This document shows, piece after piece, positions 1 through 8,469 of a stretch of 64,000 bases of DNA. Source of the DNA: Candidatus Latescibacterota bacterium (GTDB lineage Bacteria; Latescibacterota; UBA2968); contig OZ242320.1 of NCBI GenBank assembly GCA_965208125.1, positions 4,000,001 to 4,064,000 on the forward strand. The letters are read 5' to 3'. The notes beneath the pieces are model-generated. The model was not told the origin of the DNA and did not search any database. It saw nothing but the letters and a program-made list of their open reading frames with translations. Made by a program: the position numbers and the translations under genes. Every line of letters starts with the position of its first letter. Positions within the stretch are counted from its first letter, which is position 1.

Positions 1-32
1 CGAGTTAAATTTTCTGAAAAACAAAGAAGGCC

Positions 33-356
33 GTGCAGGGACTAAACCACACGGCCAAAGATGTCTTATTTCACCCGGAAGGGAAAAAAGACATGCCGGC
101 CATAAGACAAAAGCCTGTTTCTGTCAACCAAAATGAGGACTTTATCGTAGATATTTTTGGCGAATACGGTTACTTAATCGTATGGGTTCGTGGTTCAAAA
201 AAGCCTATATATTTTTGGGTTTTTTGGGACTCGAATGGCGAGATCAGGCTTATTTCCAGCCAACCAGATGCAAAAGGTATATTGGTGGGCGAAATGTGTC
301 GCCACAAGCGAGACGAATCAAGAATAAGTGCAGACTTATTGCCGTCTTGGGCGTAG
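33..356 (+). CDS. hypothetical protein (start uncertain)
   Basis: 107-aa ORF, co-oriented with the next two ORFs in an AT-rich region; no family recognised. Confidence 0.4.
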   Translation: MQGLNHTAKDVLFHPEGKKDMPAIRQKPVSVNQNEDFIVDIFGEYGYLIVWVRGSKKPIYFWVFWDSNGEIRLISSQPDAKGILVGEMCRHKRDESRISADLLPSWA

Positions 357-424
357 TGGGGAAATGTACACAGAAACAGTAAGATTCCTTGGGCAGAAAC
401 ACTTCGATACAGGAGAGGGGTACA

Positions 425-586
425 GTGATAAAATTTGACTATTGGGTTGCAGAGGCAAGAACCATAAGTACTTTTCAGATAGAATTAGATCAATACGGAC
501 AAGAAGGTTATCGCGTAATTCATGTCGGTTACAATCCTGACCGTGAACGATACTTTGCCGTAATGGAAAGAGAGGTCGAAGATTAA
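425..586 (+). CDS. small DUF4177-like protein
   Basis: GTG at 425 after GGAGAGGGG; 'ELDQYGQEGYRVIHV...FAVMERE' resembles the DUF4177 pattern LNxxGxEGWELV...xxFKR. Confidence 0.5.
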   Translation: MIKFDYWVAEARTISTFQIELDQYGQEGYRVIHVGYNPDRERYFAVMEREVED

Positions 587-592
587 AAAACG

Positions 593-1054
593 ATGGATGA
601 TAAAACTGAAATTAAACTCCGGCTTTTAGAATGGATACTTGATCAACACTCGACAACCGTATTTGACCTAAAAAAAGCGATTTTATTTACTTCTTTACCT
701 ATGCTGGGGGTTGCAGTCGCATTTTTACATTCAAAAAGTCCCGAAACACCTATCAATTCTTTGGGTGTTTTTTATTCGTCTGGAATATGTTTAATAGGCT
801 CCGTATTTAGTACAATTATATCATATTGGTTTTTATACTTTTCAATTGCTTTTCAGTATGACAGGATCGACGAAATTGACGACGAAGAGGACAATGACGG
901 AGAGGATGAACATGGCTTGACTAAAGAAGACAGAAAAAAAATAAGAGGTTTTCTTTCTACAATCGTTTTTATTTTATACGCACTATCCACTCTACTTTAT
1001 TTATCTGGCGTGATACTGCTCTCTATATTTTTTTACAAAAATGCGCCGTCCTAA
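593..1054 (+). CDS. hypothetical membrane protein (3 TM segments, acidic loop)
   Basis: three hydrophobic stretches plus DEIDDEEDNDGEDE loop; low GC. Confidence 0.6.
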   Translation: MDDKTEIKLRLLEWILDQHSTTVFDLKKAILFTSLPMLGVAVAFLHSKSPETPINSLGVFYSSGICLIGSVFSTIISYWFLYFSIAFQYDRIDEIDDEEDNDGEDEHGLTKEDRKKIRGFLSTIVFILYALSTLLYLSGVILLSIFFYKNAPS

Positions 1055-1061
1055 TTAGCCC

Positions 1062-1131
1062 CTTTACCCCCAAAACCCTACAGTCTAAGTGATTGTGGGG
1101 CTTTGCTTTATGCAAAGTTAGGGGGTTAAAG
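1062..1131 (+). other. structured three-way-junction element directly after a stop codon
   Basis: outer stem CTTTACCCCCAA/TTAGGGGGTTAAAG enclosing hairpins CCCTACAGTC-taagt-GATTGTGGGG and CTTTGC-tttat-GCAAAG. Confidence 0.5.
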
Positions 1132-1184
1132 TAGGTAATTCCCCAAAATCAGAGCAGGGCAAAAATTATGCCAACTTTTCTAAA

Positions 1185-1303
1185 TGGACTTGCTCCGTTT
1201 TGGTGGATAATATCCTAAATCGCCCATCACTTATGAAAAACTAAATGGCACAGGATGATTGGGGTGAACCTTCTACACTATACACTCAAACGGAGTAAGT
1301 CCA
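1185..1303. mobile_element. MITE / internally deleted IS with 25-bp TIRs (TG...CA ends, IS3-like)
   Basis: TGGACTTGCTCCGTTTTGGTGGATA (1185-1209) vs reverse complement of 1279-1303 TGGACTTACTCCGTTTGAGTGTATA, 21/25 identical; no ORF inside. Confidence 0.7.
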
Positions 1304-1381
1304 AACATCATCCTTCGTTGCTTTAGGCGCATAGAATTCGGCAATAGCATCCAAAACGAGGTAACTCCACCTTTCTCAAGA

Positions 1382-2218
1382 CTATCGCCCAAAAATCCTA
1401 GCATACTCTTCTTTGGTATATAAGTTTCTAAATACGTTGTAAAAAAACGACATCAGCTTGGAGATTTCTGGCTCGCATACCGCTTTCTCCTTATGCCAGC
1501 ATTGTTTGTTCAGCAGGATAAAATTGTAGGCGTCGTTGGGTGGCGGCAGTATATGACTGCCGAAGGGTCCGCTACCACTAAATTGTATAAAATCTTCATC
1601 CACACTCTTTTCAAAACCATAGCAGTTGAAAATTTTTTCTAATGCCTTACTTTCCGAATGCTGAAAGATATACAGTGCCAAAATTCCAGTTTCAAAACTG
1701 GATAGACAAGCTCGAATGTCCTCAAACATCCGAGTTTTTTCAAACCTCATGAATACTTTGGATTTCTCAATGTAAAACATTATTTGAACGATGCCTTCGT
1801 AGATAACCTTTAACTCATCGTAATATGTGAAAAATCTTTTAGATAATGTCTTCAACATATACGGATCAAGGTCGTTGTCGCTAAAGCTTGTTCGTATTTG
1901 TAATACCAAATATGCAAATTTATTAAAGTAATACCCAATGGCGCGGTCTCCACAAAAATTCTCTAATTTAATATCTTTCTCAGCAGAGTTGTTAGGCAAC
2001 TTTTTAGACTTTATGCGATCATCAAGCCGAAGGTTGGATATGCGCGTATTATATGTTGCAATCCGGTCTGCGATATCCTTTCTAAAGTTCTGCCTCATTG
2101 TCTGGAAAAACACAAATACCATAATACCAAAAACTAAAATTTGTATCAGGGAAGAAAAGATCTGTACACACAACACTAGAATTTGATTCAACGGGCTGCC
2201 GCTCAGTAGGGTTGCCAT
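1382..2218 (-). CDS. putative phage abortive infection protein (putAbiC-like), N-terminal TM helix
   Basis: ATG at 2218 with AAGGAG RBS; N-terminal TM; C-terminal 'DIRACLSSFETGILALY' resembles the putAbiC xLRAQLSxxELxLLxY motif; low GC. Confidence 0.55.
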   Translation of the reverse strand: MATLLSGSPLNQILVLCVQIFSSLIQILVFGIMVFVFFQTMRQNFRKDIADRIATYNTRISNLRLDDRIKSKKLPNNSAEKDIKLENFCGDRAIGYYFNKFAYLVLQIRTSFSDNDLDPYMLKTLSKRFFTYYDELKVIYEGIVQIMFYIEKSKVFMRFEKTRMFEDIRACLSSFETGILALYIFQHSESKALEKIFNCYGFEKSVDEDFIQFSGSGPFGSHILPPPNDAYNFILLNKQCWHKEKAVCEPEISKLMSFFYNVFRNLYTKEEYARIFGR

Positions 2219-2397
2219 GATTGGCTCCTTTCTGGTGATGCAGGCTTGACAAGTGGCTTTGATGGAAAGTTTAGAACTGTCCATTTACAGCAAAAACTTA
2301 CGGCCTTTGAAAAATGAAATTGCCCGATTGATGCACTCACTTGAACTTTTTACCGTGTGGAACCTCTTTCCCCTCGACACCTATATTTAACCTATAT

Positions 2398-5304
2398 TTA
2401 AACGTCAATCCGCGTCGATTTACCGCCATGAACGCTCGGCTCGGCGCACCATTGGTCGCGCAAAATGGAGAGAGGGCTAAGGGCTACTTCGGGCAGGCGC
2501 AATAGATCCACCAAGACCGCACGGTCAAGAGCCTTCCGAGTGTCATCCCGATACGCCTCGTTGGCTGGCAAGAACGTTTTTCCCTTGAATGCTTCAAAGA
2601 TTGCCTCGGCTTGAGCGATCTGTTCCTTGTTGAGATGGCGTGGGTCCAACACCGTCAGACGAGGTAGCTGAGTGATTGTGAGAATTGCACGGCCCTGTTG
2701 CTGTCGGGATCCGATCCACCAGAAGGCGAGGAGGCCCAATGTTGTATTGGACCACAAGACCAGGGGCAAGGTCCACTCGTCTTGTGTTGGGATAAAGTTA
2801 GGCCATGCTCGACCACCAATTGTTTTGGCTGGCGTGAGGCAGGTAGTGAGGCTTTGCGAGTTGATCCGAAAATCGAGGTTGAAATGCAGCCGCGAGGCGG
2901 TTGAGTTCCACACCTCAATAGCACGGGAGTCGCATCCGGAGCGCACCTCGCCTTCGCTATCGGGTGGGACGACGAGGCCCCGTTCTTGTTGCGCGTTGTG
3001 GCTCCACAACATCGGATACTGCGGCACGCCCTGAATGGCGTTTTTTTTGAACGGTCCCCGCGGCACTCCCTTGCTAATTCCTCCGATAATATCGAGATGG
3101 TATAACCCCTCCTTACCAAGACCCCTGAGTTGAGTTGTAGAAAGCGTTGTGGAGTACCCTTGAGGAAGTTGAAGTGTTCCGGTGGCCAACCCAATGGCGG
3201 TGGAAGCGAGCGTGGTTTCGCGGAGGGACGTGCAACCGCCTTGGCTCAAAGGTGCCCGAATGTACGTGCCAATAGTCTCATGGTCGCCTACACAAATCCG
3301 CCCTTGTCGGGCTTGAGGCGATAGGCGATCTACCGCTCGCGCTACCTCAAAGGCTTCCGCGAGGGTGTGTGGCCGGTGGTAGAGATTAACAAACAGCGTT
3401 TTCCCGGATCCCTGTTGTCCGCCGCGGCACTTATTGGCCACCACAAGGACCTCGGCCATGCCCGTATCGGCTGAAAAGGCCCGATCTGTCTGGCCGTACG
3501 CCGCAATGCTCAGCACGGTCAAGTCTTTGTATTCGCTTTCCAGCAAGCGACGGGAGTTCTCCCATGAACTACCGCTCACAAATGCTGCTGGCAACACCAG
3601 CGCGAGAACGCCACCGGGCCTGATCTTGACATGGGCGAGGTCAATGAAGTTGGAGGCCAGCCCGGCGTTTCCGTGACCAGCTAAGTATCCTTTCTTTTTT
3701 ATTTTAGCGCATATTTCCTTTAACCGACTACTCATTTGTCGCTGTTCATCTTCACTTGTGCCTAATCCGGCAAACGATGGCACAGGCACTCCTTTGGCCG
3801 TTTCGTGATTGGTTGGTCTTGTAAAGGGGGGATTCATAATTACCAGATCGGCCGTTTCAGGGAGGAGGATCATGTCCTGGCTTCCCTCGGCTTCCACATC
3901 TGCACCCTTACCTCGCGCTACACGGATGCCAGTCCCAAACAGCGATGGTGCGGTGTCATCCTCAATGAGGTCGAGAGCACCCAGGGCCATGGCGTGTCGC
4001 TTTTCCTGGCTCTGCTGTCCATAGGGCAAAGTGTGGACACGAGTGTTGCCAAAGGTTGTGCCCGGATGGGTGCTCGACAGCATGGATGCGGTTAGATGCG
4101 TTGCTGCTGGCATGATGTCGGCTGCGATGAGGACGTGTTCCATCATCTTAGTGTGTAGTACCTGATCGTCACCGCCAGTTCGCCGATGACGCGAGGCCAG
4201 GGCACGATACGCCGCCGAGAGCAGAATACCGGTTCCACAGGCAAGGTCAGCGACCTGGAGACGGGTGAGGGCATCGGGGTTGGACCAATCCGTTACCTCG
4301 TCAAGGCGTGACACGGCCAACTCACCGAGTAGAGCAGCAGATGTCGGTAGTGTGTAGAACGTGGCAAGGAATTTTCGGTCAGCAATAAGCCTTTGGAACA
4401 TGCGTCCAGAGAGGTCGTGCAAGGTAGTAGCTCCTAAGCCAGCTAAATCACTGGCTGCCTGAGCGAGACGATTGAGAACTGCATGCGCGGTGCTGTCGGC
4501 GATAGGCAGGAGCAGGTCGGAGGCAATGCGGAAGATGGGATAGTAATTGATGTTGTCGAGGATATGCTGCCAACAGGCGAGCAAGCGGCTTTTGCTGACA
4601 TCGTTGCGGCCAGGAATACGCAATTCGTCAATGGTTTCGATACCGTGCGCGTCAACAATAGCGGTGTGGAAGACGAGGGCGTTGGCAACAATGGCCATGG
4701 CCATACGTGAAGTTTGCTCGCCATCTTCTTGATGGAGGGACTGCGCCATTCTCTCCAGCGCATGGATGCTGGCTGTTTCGCGTAGTTTGCCTGCGGCTTC
4801 GCCTATGCTCTGTTCCAGAATTTGTGTTCCCTCAGCAAGCAGTCGTTCGGACAGCGAGACGTTTTCAATGAAGGCAGCAAGGTCGTCAATAGAGCCAACG
4901 AGCCAACCCCCAGACGGCCAGCGCACAACGGTATCCTTTTCTTGCAGCGAAAAGGTACAGTAACGGAACTCGGCGGCTTCGATTTGCTGCTCCAGGTCTT
5001 CCTGTGGCGCACGGCTCAGTTCCTGCGGGACCTGGACAGCTATAGTCTGCTCTATCAAGTCGCCATTGTACTGTAAGAATTTCCCCAAACGAGCCTTAGC
5101 GTCTGCTTCGACGCTACGCGCTGGCATAAACTCTGTCTCGATAATGACTGGTACACCGCTTGGAGGACGAATGACAATATCCGGTTGCAGGGCGGTCTCG
5201 CGGAGGACATCTCGTTGCTCCACACCGACATGATCGCGCCAGCGCTTAGTCTGTAGTACATCTAATAGCCGGACATTGAAGGCGATTTCGTTGGTTTTGG
5301 GCAT
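2398..5304 (-). CDS. single-chain type IIG-like restriction-modification enzyme (PD-(D/E)xK-like domain + gamma-class N6-adenine MTase + TRD)
   Basis: N-terminal 'QPDIVI...VIIETEF'; SAM motif 'DLACGTG' precedes catalytic 'NPPF'; 968 aa. Confidence 0.8.
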   Translation of the reverse strand: MPKTNEIAFNVRLLDVLQTKRWRDHVGVEQRDVLRETALQPDIVIRPPSGVPVIIETEFMPARSVEADAKARLGKFLQYNGDLIEQTIAVQVPQELSRAPQEDLEQQIEAAEFRYCTFSLQEKDTVVRWPSGGWLVGSIDDLAAFIENVSLSERLLAEGTQILEQSIGEAAGKLRETASIHALERMAQSLHQEDGEQTSRMAMAIVANALVFHTAIVDAHGIETIDELRIPGRNDVSKSRLLACWQHILDNINYYPIFRIASDLLLPIADSTAHAVLNRLAQAASDLAGLGATTLHDLSGRMFQRLIADRKFLATFYTLPTSAALLGELAVSRLDEVTDWSNPDALTRLQVADLACGTGILLSAAYRALASRHRRTGGDDQVLHTKMMEHVLIAADIMPAATHLTASMLSSTHPGTTFGNTRVHTLPYGQQSQEKRHAMALGALDLIEDDTAPSLFGTGIRVARGKGADVEAEGSQDMILLPETADLVIMNPPFTRPTNHETAKGVPVPSFAGLGTSEDEQRQMSSRLKEICAKIKKKGYLAGHGNAGLASNFIDLAHVKIRPGGVLALVLPAAFVSGSSWENSRRLLESEYKDLTVLSIAAYGQTDRAFSADTGMAEVLVVANKCRGGQQGSGKTLFVNLYHRPHTLAEAFEVARAVDRLSPQARQGRICVGDHETIGTYIRAPLSQGGCTSLRETTLASTAIGLATGTLQLPQGYSTTLSTTQLRGLGKEGLYHLDIIGGISKGVPRGPFKKNAIQGVPQYPMLWSHNAQQERGLVVPPDSEGEVRSGCDSRAIEVWNSTASRLHFNLDFRINSQSLTTCLTPAKTIGGRAWPNFIPTQDEWTLPLVLWSNTTLGLLAFWWIGSRQQQGRAILTITQLPRLTVLDPRHLNKEQIAQAEAIFEAFKGKTFLPANEAYRDDTRKALDRAVLVDLLRLPEVALSPLSILRDQWCAEPSVHGGKSTRIDV

Positions 5305-5734
5305 CTCTTTCCTTTTTTCATTGCAAAGTCTGTTCCGTTGAAGGTGTTGTGGTTATTGGGCACTGAAAATTACACTCATTTTTCTTGTCTGTCTATTATT
5401 TTTAATATACTTTGAGACTGGGCATCTGAGGGTGCTGATAAGGCGTGAACAGGCCGAGGCAAGAGCTAAAAATTGTTTCTTTTAATAGCGTGGAGCAATA
5501 ATGGCGAACATAGCCGATGGCCTATGAAGCATGTGCCGTAATGATTCTATACGGCAAGTAGCATCAATCACAGGTTTGAAATCCAAGCCCTAAATATTCC
5601 ACCAAAACAGGGTAACTCCATAATCCTAAAAGTTGTCTTCAAAATTATTGCATTGAGCAGACATTCTCAGTCTTAAAACTTTTTCCGGAGAGTGCTTGTA
5701 ATATAACGGATGTTGGCTTTAGAGGAACGTCACT

Positions 5735-6457
5735 ATGAGCAAGCCGATATACGAAATAGTCCCTGACCCTGATGTGCTGATGGCCCTAGATCCCGAAGAG
5801 ATAGGAGGAGTAGTTCTTGAATTTTTGAACTCTCTTGATGCGTCCGAAAGCGGTATGATGAACCGTTACAACTTCAGCCTTCTCCACACTGTCGAAGGAT
5901 ATCCTTCAGAGTTCAGGGAAAAGGCGAGTGAGATACTTGCCGAAGGGTGGGCGTGGCTAGAAAGGGAAGGCTTGATCGTACCACAGCCAGGGACTCAAGG
6001 GGAATGGGTCATCATTACGCGGCGGGGTAAGCAACTGCGAACAAGAGATGATTTCGAGTCATTCAGACGATCTGATATCCTCCCACGGCATCTACTTCAC
6101 CCAACTATTGCTGCATCAGTATGGAATCCCTTCATCCGTGGTGAATACGATACATCAGTGTTTAATGCCTTCAAGCAGGTCGAGATAGCGATTCGAGAGG
6201 CTGGTAATTACACTGACCAAGACTATGGCACTGACTTGGCAAGGAAAGCGTTCAATATAGATCATGGCCCCCTCGCCGATAGTGCTCGACTTCCCGCCGA
6301 ACGGCAGGCCTTATCCGACCTTTTCGCTGGAGCGATTGGACTGTATAAGAATCCACATAGTCACAGAAATGTCCCTCTTACACAAGAAGAAGCGGTAGAA
6401 ATGATAATTCTAGCGAGTCATCTCTTGAACGTCGTGGATATACGATCTTCGCTATAG
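5735..6457 (+). CDS. TIGR02391 (Ymh) family protein
   Basis: 'AFKQVEIAIR...GTDLARKAF...LFAGAIGLYKNPHSH' signature; GAGGA RBS. Confidence 0.8.
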   Translation: MSKPIYEIVPDPDVLMALDPEEIGGVVLEFLNSLDASESGMMNRYNFSLLHTVEGYPSEFREKASEILAEGWAWLEREGLIVPQPGTQGEWVIITRRGKQLRTRDDFESFRRSDILPRHLLHPTIAASVWNPFIRGEYDTSVFNAFKQVEIAIREAGNYTDQDYGTDLARKAFNIDHGPLADSARLPAERQALSDLFAGAIGLYKNPHSHRNVPLTQEEAVEMIILASHLLNVVDIRSSL

Positions 6458-6584
6458 GAATAAAGTCTCAGCGTATCATACGTCCACTTACCCTGTGCCT
6501 CAAGTATTGTATCACGAAAAGGGATGGACTTGCCCCACTGCGGTCGGGACCGTTTCTATACAAATTGAACGCATATAGTTGAAT

Positions 6585-6602
6585 GCACGTCAAGATGTTG
6601 TG
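6585..6602 (+). repeat. 18-bp direct repeat copy 1 (GCACGTCAAGATGTTGTG)
   Basis: identical to 8221-8238. Confidence 0.85.
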
Positions 6603-6784
6603 TTACCGCGGCCAACGGCATCCGCAAAATGTTGTGGTCTGCGGTGATCGCCAGGCGGCGCATAGTTCCTGTCAGACTTGAATGGCGGGGTCCAGGTAGA
6701 TGAGGTCGATACTTTCGAATTGACCGCGCGCAGGATATCGAGGTTGTCCGCTTCGAAGATCGTGCGGTTATTTATATTTGGCAT
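6590..6784 (-). pseudogene. N-terminal remnant of a beta-class DNA methyltransferase
   Basis: 'NRTIFEADNLDILRAVNS', then shifted frame reads ESIDLIYLDP, returning to PFKSDRNYA; truncated after about 45 codons. Confidence 0.75.
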
Positions 6785-7516
6785 TTATCTCCTCTTTGGT
6801 GGGGAAAATCATGCCCTCGTTCCTAACGTAGTCCCCAAGGTCTGGATATACCGTACTTGGCCTTACATTGCAATAAACATCGAGATGGTTCAAAAGAGAC
6901 AGCTTCTCTTCCTTTGGCACCGGAATAGCCAATACATCTTCATCAAGAGGGATAGATCCGCCCTCTCTTGGCCGAACAAAAACACTACTTTGGTACTTGC
7001 TGTATCCGGCATAAGGGAATTCCATGATTGGGTGCTTTTCGGGGATTGTCAATGGGCGATATATCACAATGCGCCCATCGTGACTAGATTTGCCGTGGCT
7101 TATGGGAAGGCCTGCAATATCCGAACATGCAAAATATATGGCAATATTCACATCCCTTGAAAAATCTATAAAATTAGTTTTTCCGCCTGCCTTATTTTTC
7201 CCAGCGTCTCCCACGACTTTTCAGGCACCTGCTCAAGAGGGTTGCCCTCCATAAATATAGCGAACAATTCATCTTGCCTTTCCGCATCCACCCCCTCAAA
7301 TACACCAGCACCTGATACTGCGTGCCCTTCACACATTTTCATATCCTCCTCTCTTTCTTGAGCAGAATATTCAGCCCAGCGAGGATCTACCTTCTCGCGC
7401 ATCCTGTAGAATCCCGAAGATACGTGCTCAAACTTCTGGGGTTCTCCTCTAAACAACATCCTCCGATGTGTGTAAGGTATGGAATCTATTTGTTTGATCA
7501 GTTCGTTGTAGAACAT
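6768..7516 (-). pseudogene. FRG domain protein, frameshifted near 7190
   Basis: ORF1 'MLFRGEPQKF...SSGFYR' and ORF2 'GGKTNFIDFSRDVNIAIYFAC...QSSVFV' are the two halves of an FRG domain; ATG 7516 with AAGGAAGGGGAG RBS. Confidence 0.8.
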
Positions 7517-7629
7517 ATCACTCCCTTCCTTTGCCGAGCTTGACAGGCATCTGGATAATCTGCGTAAATCAATAAATATACACAGTAGATTGAGGGGCAA
7601 CAAGGCATGCGGCAAGTCTTTCTGCCCAT

Positions 7630-7830
7630 GTGAGTGATCATGCTGGAACTTGTATCGCATCCATGTAACTGCTTCAGGTGTTGCACAGCGTTGATAGCGG
7701 CAATGCGGTCAGATAGGAGGGGCGCGTTGCTCACCAAAGCGAATCTCCAGCATACCAAGAAGACCCTCAATGGTGTGTTCTCTGTTACCTTGCTCAATAC
7801 TCTGCTTAAGGGGATTATGTAGGATAGTGG
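7630..7830 (-). pseudogene. C-terminal remnant of an Rpn/DUF4351-type protein (approximate limits)
   Basis: two frames join to 'IEQGNREHTIEGLLGMLEIRFGEQRA / LLSDRIAAINAVQHLKQLH', the typical Rpn/DUF4351 tail. Confidence 0.55.
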
Positions 7831-7964
7831 GAATGAATAAAGCAGTATGGCAGTAGTACTTGAAAAAAATGGACGCCGTTGGGTGTTTTTTGCGTATATC
7901 ATATTGAGAAGGGCACAAGTCCCTTACGTTTTGTGTTGTAAACTTTCTTACCAGGAGGGAAACA

Positions 7965-8165
7965 ATGTACCAAAAAATCCAGCAGTGGATTCGTTTGAAC
8001 TATGGGTGGGTTCCTAAAACGTGCTGGATCGCCCATTGCAAAGAACTGGCTGGCATTCAGGTCGGAAGGGCCTGGAATCGTGAAGGCGGTGAGAGAAAAC
8101 ACCCTTGTCCGCCTGATAAGCGTGAGCCTATATTCGCAGCTTTCAAACACTTCGGCATAACATGA
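7965..8165 (+). CDS. small conserved hypothetical protein (YxxIQxW...PKTCWIAH.KE...CPPxKRxxIxxAFxHFG family)
   Basis: GGAGGGGA RBS; motif resembles the domain appended to some RlmD-type RNA methyltransferases. Confidence 0.7.
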   Translation: MYQKIQQWIRLNYGWVPKTCWIAHCKELAGIQVGRAWNREGGERKHPCPPDKREPIFAAFKHFGIT

Positions 8166-8220
8166 TTACATCCTCATAGAACACTTGTATTTTTGATTCC
8201 AGTCGCCGGCTATGTATCTG

Positions 8221-8238
8221 GCACGTCAAGATGTTGTG
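8221..8238 (+). repeat. 18-bp direct repeat copy 2
   Basis: identical to 6585-6602; about 100 bp from the tRNA-Asn 3' end. Confidence 0.85.
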
Positions 8239-8253
8239 GTGCTCGACCAGACA

Positions 8254-8298
8254 TAAGAAAAAGCCCGTTGATCTCATTCGATTGACGGGCTTTCTTTT
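8254..8298 (-). terminator. intrinsic terminator downstream of tRNA-Asn (may be bidirectional)
   Basis: AAAAAGCCCGTTGAT...ATTGACGGGCTTTCTTTT stem-loop with A/T tracts on both sides. Confidence 0.7.
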
Positions 8299-8340
8299 GC
8301 AATGAAACAGATAGATTAAAATTCAGCGAGAAGATATTCT

Positions 8341-8416
8341 TGGCTCCGGCGGTAGGACTCGAACCTACGACCCAGTGGTTAACAGCCACTTGCTCTGCCA
8401 GCTGAGCTACGCCGGA
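8341..8416 (-). tRNA. tRNA-Asn (GTT)
   Basis: reverse complement TCCGGCGTAGCTCAG...GTGGCTGTTAACCAC...GTTCGAGTCCTACCGCCGGAGCCA; cloverleaf with encoded CCA. Confidence 0.97.
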
Positions 8417-8440
8417 ACGTCATATTTCCAATAGCGATGA

Positions 8441-8469
8441 AATCTACTGGAAGTGAATAGTAGTGTCAA
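8441..8469 (-). promoter_or_regulatory. sigma70 promoter for tRNA-Asn
   Basis: TTGACA-N17-TAGATT on minus strand. Confidence 0.65.

Noticed and set aside
1049-1123. Possible integron attC site (TCCTAAT...GTTAGGG)
   Set aside because: R boxes imperfect, no complementary L boxes at the expected spacing, no integron integrase
6678-7160. 160-aa plus-strand ORF
   Set aside because: Antisense to the FRG/MTase remnants, which carry recognisable motifs
1-8340. Prophage
   Set aside because: No structural, terminase, replication or integrase genes recognisable in the window
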